Below, piece after piece: positions 25,193-32,000 of a stretch of DNA of 32,000 nucleotides. The position numbers and the translations under genes were made by a program. The DNA lies in the NCBI RefSeq assembly GCF_900141845.1, contig NZ_FQZB01000013.1, forward strand, positions 65,289 to 97,288, in the 5' to 3' direction. This DNA comes from Clostridium cavendishii DSM 21758. GTDB taxonomy: Bacteria > Bacillota > Clostridia > Clostridiales > Clostridiaceae. Every line of letters begins with the position of its first letter. The first letter of the stretch is position 1. The notes under the pieces were generated by a model. The model was not told the origin of the DNA and did not search any database. It saw only the letters and a list, made by a program, of their open reading frames with translations.

Positions 25193-28100
25193 TTATATAA
25201 ACTCTTTTATGTCTTCTAAATTAACTTTAAAATTTCCTACCTCTTCATTTCCAACTACAAGATCTACCATACTCTTTTTCTTCTCTTGTAATTCATAAAT
25301 TCTTTCTTCTATGGTGCCTCTAGCTATAAGTCTTATTACTTCTACTTGATTTTTTTGACCTATTCTGTGGGCTCTATCAGTAGCTTGATCTTCCACAGCA
25401 GGGTTCCACCAAGGATCATAATGGATTACTACTTCAGCAGATGTTATGTTAAGTCCGGTTCCACCAGCTTTTAGTGATATTAAAAATACATTAGCAGAAC
25501 CTTCATTAAATTCATTTACCATAGGCAATCTATCTTTAATTTTTGTATCACCATCTAGATATAAATACTTTATCTCATTTTCCAAAAGCTTTTGCCCTAT
25601 ATTTTTAAGTGAAGTAGTAAAACTTGAAAATACTATAACTTTTTTATAATTCTCTTTTGCTTCATTTATTATATCTAAAAGTGCTGTAAGTTTTGAATTC
25701 TCCCCGCTATACTCTTCAAATGCTACCTCTGGCATACTACATATTTGCCTAAGTCTTGTTAATGCACCTAAAAATTTAAACTTGTTTTCGTTTATTTGTA
25801 AATCGAGTTTTTTAAAGTCCTTTTTTACTGCCTTTGCATATGCTGCATAGAACTTCTTCTGTTTATCATTTAGTTCTATACTTACATTATGCTCTATTTT
25901 AGGTGGCAATTCCTTTGCTACCATCGACTTTTCTCTTCTTAGTATAAATGGAGAAACTCTTCTATTAAATTCTTCTAAAGCTTTTGTTTTGCTCTCTTTT
26001 ACTATTGGTGTTTCATATCTCACTATAAATCTTTTTTTACTTAGTAAATAACCTGGCATTAAAAAGTCAAAGATTGACCACAAATCTCCTAAATTATTTT
26101 CAATAGGTGTTCCTGTTAATGCAAATTTATTTTCTGCTTTTAGACTCTTACAAGCTTTTGCATTCATTGAATTAGGATTTTTAATATACTGAGCCTCATC
26201 TACTATTATTGTGTTCAAATCCTTACCTGCAAAGGCTTCTTGATCTCTTCTAAGTAACGCATAGGATGTTATAAGCAAGTCATAATCTTTATATGCTTCT
26301 ATTATTTTTTCTCTATTAGCCTTATTTCCATCTACAACTATTACCCTAAAGTCCTTTAAAAATCTAGTAGCTTCTTCATACCAATTATAAACTAAGGAAC
26401 TAGGAGCAATTACTAAAGAGGATCCATTTTGTTTTTTAGCATATAAAAAACTTATGGCTTGAAGAGTTTTTCCAAGTCCCATTTCATCTGCTAATATTCC
26501 TCCAAAACCATTGTCACTTAAATTTATAAACCAACTAAAAGCTTGTTTTTGATATACTCTAAGAACACTTAGAAGCTCTTTTGGAATACTTGTTTCATTA
26601 ACTTTATTTAAATCTATTACTTTATTGTCTCCCTTTATAAAAGATAAGCATTCTTCCTTAAGCAAATATTCCTTATACCTAGGTAAAACTATATTATTAA
26701 AATTTTTTCTTTTAAAATTAAGTCCATCATATTCTAATAATTCATAAACATTAATAAGTTCATCATCCTGAAGATTTACAAAATCGCCATTAGCTAACCT
26801 ATAATATTTTTTCTTATTTTTAATTCCTCTAAATATTTCAAATAGCTCTCTTGGATCTACTCCCTCCATTGAAAAATCAAATTCTAAGAGACCTTTTTCA
26901 TTTAATCTAACATCACCTCTATAAGAACTCTTATTATGTAATTTCATACTTTTAAAGCCTTCAGAATAAAATACTTCTCCTATTTCTCTGAGCTTTGTAG
27001 CTCCGATATTTAAAAAGTCAAAAATATGGTCTTCCTGTTCTATAAAAAATTCGTCATCTAAAATTTTAAAGTTTAAAACTTCTAAATATTTTATAGCCCT
27101 TCTCTCTCCTATTTTATCCCTTACTACATCATTTTTTATCTTTTGGTTTTTCAATGTAATACTTGTATCACCATAATTAAAAACAGGTTTTACGAATATT
27201 ATATCCTTCCTTTTATCAACATAAAATTTTATTTTAAGTCTATCTATATCAAATTCTTTTCTTATCCCATCACTAACATTAAGTCTTGCATTAAGATCAA
27301 TAAGTTCTGGTAAGATTATCTGTTTAACTTTTTCTTTATAATTACTGTCTATATTTATTTTAGTCTTTAAAGCTTCATAAAAAACCTTAAATCTAGCACT
27401 CTCCAATTCATCTAAAATATATATAGAATCTTTATAAAAAACAATATCCCCCTTATTACTAAGTAATATTGGTTCATTTGAATCATACGTTAATACATAA
27501 GAGTTTATGTTTCTAACTAATTTTATATCTAGCGGAATTCCCCTATTTATATATATAGGAACACTACCATAACTTCTATCATTTATAATAACTTCTATAC
27601 CTACATCTGCAAAAAGTTCAAATACTCTCTTAACTAATAAATCACTACAAGAAAGCTTACTTTCCTTAATTAAGCTATGCTGTAACAAACTATAATCCAC
27701 TGTTTGTTTAAATAAACTTTCTTGTTCTATAGCTTCCCTAACAATACTTATGAAGCTTCTATCTCTATTTCCAAAGAAATATTTATAACTTGAATATATA
27801 AAATCCCTTATAACTAGCGCTTGTTCCCCATTTTCATAAGCATTAATAAAAGCTTTAATGTCTCGTACCTTATAAGCTTTATCAGCTTCAAGTTTAAACT
27901 CTACATTCGCTTTTATCTTTTTTAAGGTATAAAACTCAAGAACAGGTTTTATTTTAAGCTCTACTCTATTTAAAAGATCTTTGTTTGCTTCAATATTCTT
28001 AACTAAATTATTAAAATTAAAATCACTTATTTTCTGCTTAATGTTAGATACTTCATCTCTTTTATCTTTTATAAGAGCTGCAATTATATGCTTACATACT

Positions 28101-28372
28101 CCTCTTCGTCTATAATTATCTTTAAAATACCTACAATCACAATCAAAATAAGTAAATCCTGTTTTATCATTAAATCTTACTTGTACCTTATAGCTATTAT
28201 CACTACTTCCAGTAACCTTAGCTTCTAAAATATAAGCTTTAATCCCTGTACTATCCCAAGGCTTTACATCCGTTTTAACTGCTATGACTTTATTATCTTC
28301 ATAAAGTTTTAAACCTCTTTCATATATTAATTCATCTGCGTAATGTATTAATTCACTTTCTTCAAAAAACAT
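25193..28372 (-). CDS. SNF2-family ATPase/helicase with N-terminal SWIM zinc finger
   Basis: 1059 aa. SWIM motif CDCRYFKDNYRRRGVCKH (CxCxnCxH). SNF2 motifs ADEMGLGKT (I), VDEAQYIKN (II), LTGTPIEN (III) and QATDRAHRIGQ (VI). Confidence 0.9.
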   Translation of the reverse strand: MFFEESELIHYADELIYERGLKLYEDNKVIAVKTDVKPWDSTGIKAYILEAKVTGSSDNSYKVQVRFNDKTGFTYFDCDCRYFKDNYRRRGVCKHIIAALIKDKRDEVSNIKQKISDFNFNNLVKNIEANKDLLNRVELKIKPVLEFYTLKKIKANVEFKLEADKAYKVRDIKAFINAYENGEQALVIRDFIYSSYKYFFGNRDRSFISIVREAIEQESLFKQTVDYSLLQHSLIKESKLSCSDLLVKRVFELFADVGIEVIINDRSYGSVPIYINRGIPLDIKLVRNINSYVLTYDSNEPILLSNKGDIVFYKDSIYILDELESARFKVFYEALKTKINIDSNYKEKVKQIILPELIDLNARLNVSDGIRKEFDIDRLKIKFYVDKRKDIIFVKPVFNYGDTSITLKNQKIKNDVVRDKIGERRAIKYLEVLNFKILDDEFFIEQEDHIFDFLNIGATKLREIGEVFYSEGFKSMKLHNKSSYRGDVRLNEKGLLEFDFSMEGVDPRELFEIFRGIKNKKKYYRLANGDFVNLQDDELINVYELLEYDGLNFKRKNFNNIVLPRYKEYLLKEECLSFIKGDNKVIDLNKVNETSIPKELLSVLRVYQKQAFSWFINLSDNGFGGILADEMGLGKTLQAISFLYAKKQNGSSLVIAPSSLVYNWYEEATRFLKDFRVIVVDGNKANREKIIEAYKDYDLLITSYALLRRDQEAFAGKDLNTIIVDEAQYIKNPNSMNAKACKSLKAENKFALTGTPIENNLGDLWSIFDFLMPGYLLSKKRFIVRYETPIVKESKTKALEEFNRRVSPFILRREKSMVAKELPPKIEHNVSIELNDKQKKFYAAYAKAVKKDFKKLDLQINENKFKFLGALTRLRQICSMPEVAFEEYSGENSKLTALLDIINEAKENYKKVIVFSSFTTSLKNIGQKLLENEIKYLYLDGDTKIKDRLPMVNEFNEGSANVFLISLKAGGTGLNITSAEVVIHYDPWWNPAVEDQATDRAHRIGQKNQVEVIRLIARGTIEERIYELQEKKKSMVDLVVGNEEVGNFKVNLEDIKEFI

Positions 28373-28497
28373 GTGTGTTTTCCTCCAAACACATAATTTA
28401 AACTATAAATATTATAACCTATTAAATTTAAAATTGGTGAAATATATGCTATAATTTATCCATCGAAATATTCATAAATTCTATTAGGAGTGATTTT

Positions 28498-29070
28498 GTG
28501 AAACTTAATAAACACTATAAGATAAGTATCAATACAGAGAAACTTTATAAAATAAAAGACTATTTAATTAGCAAATTTAAAAAGCTACCTAAAGTAGGAA
28601 TGAGAAATATCAAAACAGCTTTAGCTGTACTTACTTGTATTTTACTTTTAAAATTAATAGGATTTTCTTATCCATTTTATGCTTGTATAGCTGCAGTAAT
28701 TTGCATGCAGGATACTGTAAAAAACTCTTATACTGCTGGGAAAAATAGAATGATAGGAACTATTATAGGTGGTATGTTTGGTATGCTATTAGCATATTTA
28801 GAAGAATATTTAAATATAGGCTTCTTAAATCCGTTAATAGTGTTTTTAGGGATAATTTCTCTTATATATATAGGAACTGCTTTAAAAAGGCACTCTTCTA
28901 TTTCTATAAGTTGTATAGTTTTCTTAGCTATTATGGTTAATCTTAGGGATACTACACCTTTTGTTTATAGTATTAATAGAATGTTCGAAACTTTTGTAGG
29001 TATAATCGTAGCTATAATTATTAATAAACTCATAGTTCCACAAGATGAACCTGAAAAATCAATTGATTAA
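28498..29070 (+). CDS. Small FUSC/aromatic-acid-exporter-like membrane protein
   Basis: 190 aa with a GTG start 7 nt after AGGAG. NIKTALAVLTCILL...ACIAAVICMQDTVKNSYTAGKNRMIGTIIGG resembles the N-terminal membrane domain of the ArAE/FUSC family. It is shorter than typical members. Confidence 0.65.
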   Translation: MKLNKHYKISINTEKLYKIKDYLISKFKKLPKVGMRNIKTALAVLTCILLLKLIGFSYPFYACIAAVICMQDTVKNSYTAGKNRMIGTIIGGMFGMLLAYLEEYLNIGFLNPLIVFLGIISLIYIGTALKRHSSISISCIVFLAIMVNLRDTTPFVYSINRMFETFVGIIVAIIINKLIVPQDEPEKSID

Positions 29071-29076
29071 AAATTT

Positions 29077-29108
29077 AGTGATTAAGCATTTTGCTTAATC
29101 ACTTTTTT
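29077..29108. terminator. Bidirectional terminator between convergent genes
   Basis: An 11-bp stem agtgattaagc / gcttaatcact with T-runs on both strands. Confidence 0.75.
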
Positions 29109-30777
29109 ACATAAATCCTGATCTTATTATTGAAATCATAAGCCAAAGTCCGAAAACTGCAGCTATTACATATCCTGTTATTCCTATTATGGATACCCCT
29201 TGTACCTTGGGTCCTACATTAGAATTTAAAATCATTGAGGAAGATACTATCATCGCAGCAACTATAAATCCAAAAACCACTCTATTTACCATCTTATTTA
29301 ACTGATTGATGTATGAATTCAAACTATCCACTTTTAATTGAACCTTAAGACGTCCCCTTGTACACGTATTTATAAAATCTACTATTTTAGACGGCAATTT
29401 TATAGTATCATTTGTGAAAGTATATAATTTAAAGGCCAATTCATCTTTATCTATTTTTTCTTTTATATAAGCCTTATTTTTTGATTTAACAAATGGAATT
29501 ATAACATCAAGTATTTCAATATCTGGTTCTATTTGAGCTACAACACCCTCTAAAACAACCATTGCTCTTATTAAGGAAACTAAATCCTTAGGTAGCTGTA
29601 TGTTATTATTTTTTGCTATTGAAAAAATTTCTTCAAGTAATAATGATATTCTTATATTCTTAAGGGATGTTGTTAAATAGCTTTCAAATAAATAATCTAA
29701 ATCTTCATATAATCTATTAGTAGTTACTTTACCTTTTTTTATACCTACTGCCATTATAAAGCTAATAACCTTGTCTATATCCTTTGTTGCAATAGCTATA
29801 ATTGCCTCATTCATCCATTTTCTAATATTATCTGAAAGTTCTCCAACTATTCCAAAATCTATATAACAAATACAACCATCATATATTAAAAGATTACCTG
29901 GATGAGGATCTCCATGAAAAAATCCATCATTAAATATTTGCTTACAAAATGATAATGCAAGCTTCTTAGCTACATCTTTTCTATCATACCCATAGCCCTC
30001 CAGCCTTCTTATATCATTAATTTTAAATCCCTCTATTGCTTCCATAGTTATAACTTTAACTTTTGAATACTGTTTTATAACACTAGGTGAATAAACGCAC
30101 ACTACACCTTTATTTAAATTTTTAAACTTAATCATATTACTTGCTTCTAAGTTAAAATCCAATTCCGCCTCTGTAGCATCTTTAATTTCTTGTAATGCTT
30201 CTATAGGATCTATTATTGAATTCTTAAATCTTGATTTTGTTATTCTAGCAAGTTTCATAAGTATTTTTATATCTAAATCCATTTTTTCTTTTATGTCTTC
30301 ATGTTGTATTTTTACTACAACAGACTTACCATCTTTAAGCTGTGCCCTGTGAACTTGAGCTATCGATGCTGAAGCTATAGGTTCTTCTTCAAAATAATTA
30401 AAGGCATCATCTATACTTATGTTAAATTCATTAAAAAATGTATCTTTAACCTTCTCTATCCTATCTTTATTTATAGAATCTTGTAATTTCTCTAGTTCAT
30501 CTATATATTCTTTTGGTAAAATATCAGGTCTTGTACTCAAAATTTGACCTATTTTTATAAAAGTAGGACCAAGCTCTTCAAAGGCTTTTCTAAGATTTTC
30601 TGGAGACTTACTTTTAGAGTTATTATTTTTTGAGTCTAGTAAATATCCAAAACCATAACCTGCAAAAACTCTTACAATCTCACTAAATCTTTTGGCTCCC
30701 TTTCTTTTCATCCTTGACCTCCTTTTCTCATCCTTTAACCCTAATTGCAAAAAAGAGGTGTATAAATATCTAAGCAT
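29107..30777 (-). CDS. ABC1/UbiB (ADCK) family atypical protein kinase with C-terminal TM helices
   Basis: Contains PIASASIAQVHRA, HGDPHPGNL, IDFG and two C-terminal TM helices. Two starts are plausible: 30777 (SD AGAGGTG) and 30711 (SD AGGAGG, giving MKRKGAKRFSEI, which fits the family N-terminus better). Confidence 0.88.
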   Translation of the reverse strand: MLRYLYTSFLQLGLKDEKRRSRMKRKGAKRFSEIVRVFAGYGFGYLLDSKNNNSKSKSPENLRKAFEELGPTFIKIGQILSTRPDILPKEYIDELEKLQDSINKDRIEKVKDTFFNEFNISIDDAFNYFEEEPIASASIAQVHRAQLKDGKSVVVKIQHEDIKEKMDLDIKILMKLARITKSRFKNSIIDPIEALQEIKDATEAELDFNLEASNMIKFKNLNKGVVCVYSPSVIKQYSKVKVITMEAIEGFKINDIRRLEGYGYDRKDVAKKLALSFCKQIFNDGFFHGDPHPGNLLIYDGCICYIDFGIVGELSDNIRKWMNEAIIAIATKDIDKVISFIMAVGIKKGKVTTNRLYEDLDYLFESYLTTSLKNIRISLLLEEIFSIAKNNNIQLPKDLVSLIRAMVVLEGVVAQIEPDIEILDVIIPFVKSKNKAYIKEKIDKDELAFKLYTFTNDTIKLPSKIVDFINTCTRGRLKVQLKVDSLNSYINQLNKMVNRVVFGFIVAAMIVSSSMILNSNVGPKVQGVSIIGITGYVIAAVFGLWLMISIIRSGFM

Positions 30778-30790
30778 ACCTACACCTCTT

Positions 30791-30831
30791 ATTTTAAAAT
30801 GAAACTCCTATTCATCATCATTCATAGGAGT
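30791..30831 (-). terminator. Hairpin (partial terminator or attenuator) between the phasin-like gene and the kinase gene
   Basis: Stem actcctat / ataggagt, followed on the minus strand by TTCATTTTAAAAT. The U-tract is interrupted, so this is probably leaky. Confidence 0.4.
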
Positions 30832-30881
30832 ACTCTTACAGAGTAAGTTCACATCAACCAAATTGAAATTTGGATTCTTAC

Positions 30882-31223
30882 TTATTTGTTCTCTAAAGCA
30901 TCTATTCTTTCTTTTAATTCCAAAACCATTTGTTTAAGAGTATCGAACTCATCTTTTTTTACCACTTCATATTCTGATAAAAGTTCTTTAACGTCTTCTC
31001 TAGTAAGTGGCTTAATTTCATTAAACTTTTCTGAAACAACTTTTGTAGTAGCAGTGGTTTTATTTGTGAAATTTCTTTTTAGTTCTTCTGAAAGTTCCTT
31101 ACCTTCTTCAACTGTAATCTTTCCTTTTTCAACCATATCATCTACTAATTTATTTGCCTTTTCATAGGTATTTGCAGCAGCTCCGACACCTGCTAACATA
31201 ACTTTTTTTAACTCATTTATCAT
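30882..31223 (-). CDS. Phasin-like coiled-coil protein (COG3937-like)
   Basis: LKKVMLAGVGAAANTYEKANKLVDDMVEKGKITVEEGKEL resembles phasin/PhaF-type N-termini, and the protein ends in a coiled coil. The preferred start is the ATG at 31223, 6 nt after GGGGTG. Confidence 0.6.
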   Translation of the reverse strand: MINELKKVMLAGVGAAANTYEKANKLVDDMVEKGKITVEEGKELSEELKRNFTNKTTATTKVVSEKFNEIKPLTREDVKELLSEYEVVKKDEFDTLKQMVLELKERIDALENK

Positions 31224-31502
31224 TCTAAACACCCCATTAAAAATATTTTGTTTATATGACTAATAAAATTATGTCTTACTTTGAAGTCTTAAGATAATTA
31301 TACCATTTTACTTAATATTTAAACATATAATGTTGATAATAATGGAATTATGTTTTTGATTTCTGTTTCAAATTTTCATAGCTTTCTATATTTTTAACAT
31401 TATTTATAAGTTTATTCATATTTTAAATTTTAATTGACATTACTTGCAATTTTAGATTTTATTGCGATAATATAATTAAAAACTTCTGAGAGGTATTTAA
31501 AG

Positions 31503-32000
31503 ATGAATAATTTAAACGAAATAATTACTTCTATTCAAAAATGCAGATTGTTTTCTCATTTTAATGAAGATAAGATAAACTCGCTTTTTAAAAATGATAA
31601 GTTAATATCAAAAACTTATAATTCTTCTGATATTATTTTTAACGAGGATGACACTTGCAATTATTTAAGTATTATAATTACAGGGATAATAGAAATTCAA
31701 AAATTAGATCCTGAAGGTAATGTGCTTACCGTGGCCACTTTATCCTCCGGAAATGTATTTGGTGAGAATCTATTATTTGGGGATAGAAATCAATATCCTA
31801 TGTCTGTAGTTTGTAAAACTGCCGCCAAGGTTATTCATCTTCCAAAATCTCTAATATATTCTCTTTGTCAAACGGATTCCGAGTTTTTAACCCAACTACT
31901 TAGAGTTTTATCAAATAAGGCTTTATCTCTTAGTAGTAAATTAAAACAAGTTAGTATGAAGTCGCTTAGACAAATGATTTGCCACTTTCTGATGATTAAA
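31503..32000 (+). CDS. Crp/Fnr family transcriptional regulator, N-terminal cNMP-binding domain (truncated by window end)
   Basis: Manual translation from the ATG at 31503 gives MNNLNEIITSIQKCRLFSHFNEDKINSLF...IFNEDDTCNYLSIIITGIIEIQKLDPEGNVLTVATLSSGNVFGENLLF...SMKSLRQMICHFLMIK. There is no stop before 32000, and the beta-roll pattern is typical of the family. Confidence 0.8.
   Translation, partial: MNNLNEIITSIQKCRLFSHFNEDKINSLFKNDKLISKTYNSSDIIFNEDDTCNYLSIIITGIIEIQKLDPEGNVLTVATLSSGNVFGENLLFGDRNQYPMSVVCKTAAKVIHLPKSLIYSLCQTDSEFLTQLLRVLSNKALSLSSKLKQVSMKSLRQMICHFLMIK

Noticed and set aside
25193-28372. The SNF2 helicase as part of a DISARM-like or other anti-phage defence system.
   Set aside because: No partner genes (methyltransferase, DUF1998 helicase, PLD nuclease and similar) are present. 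The flanks are a T-box with metG and a small membrane protein, and there are no mobile-element hallmarks.
1619-31167. Eleven short ORFs from the track lie antisense to or inside long genes: 1619-1819, 2694-2951, 4772-5032, 5209-5535, 6706-6906, 12382-12564, 16390-16632, 17345-17551, 23419-23820, 25446-25649 and 30886-31167.
   Set aside because: Each lies wholly or largely within a well-supported gene on the opposite strand. They have no SD sequence, and their S/F/L/I-rich translations are typical of the reverse frame of AT-rich coding DNA. They are shadow ORFs, not genes.
1-32000. Searched intergenic regions by eye for tRNA or rRNA genes, CRISPR repeats, IS inverted repeats, integrase or transposase genes and prophage remnants.
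   Set aside because: None found. All spacers longer than 150 nt are AT-rich promoter, leader or terminator regions, and no repeated spacer-repeat periodicity is visible.

Overview
Low-GC, Clostridium-like chromosomal window. SD motifs are strong, TTG and GTG starts are frequent, and regulation by T-box and TPP riboswitch is Firmicute-style. About 25 of 31 genes lie on the minus strand. Almost all content is housekeeping. From left to right: nrdG; a Re-citrate-synthase-like, aconitase and NADP-IDH operon (2-oxoglutarate branch); nrdD with NrdR-like boxes; degV-padR; a TPP riboswitch with thiT; ferredoxin; an lgt, lipoprotein and Mrp/ApbC operon; two uncharacterised genes; the conserved Firmicute block ksgA-rnmV-yabE-tatD...metG with a Met T-box; a SWIM-SNF2 helicase; a small FUSC-like membrane protein; a UbiB/ABC1 kinase with a phasin-like protein; and the 5' part of a Crp/Fnr regulator. 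I saw no rRNA, tRNA, CRISPR array, transposase, integrase or phage gene. I did not find a convincing multi-gene novel system. The best second-look candidates are: (1) a roughly 2.7 kb insertion between metG and tatD carrying a second, divergent double-zinc-knuckle MetRS paralogue with atypical HIGH and KMSKS motifs, plus an azoreductase; (2) a 387-aa two-domain ORFan with an M/N/Q-rich linker at the position where B. subtilis has yabG, next to a 198-aa membrane-anchored ORFan; (3) nrdD and nrdG separated by the 2-oxoglutarate operon, with NrdR-like boxes only at nrdD; (4) the UbiB-kinase and phasin-like pair in what is probably a quinone-poor anaerobe. All product calls come from reading motifs by eye, with no database search.
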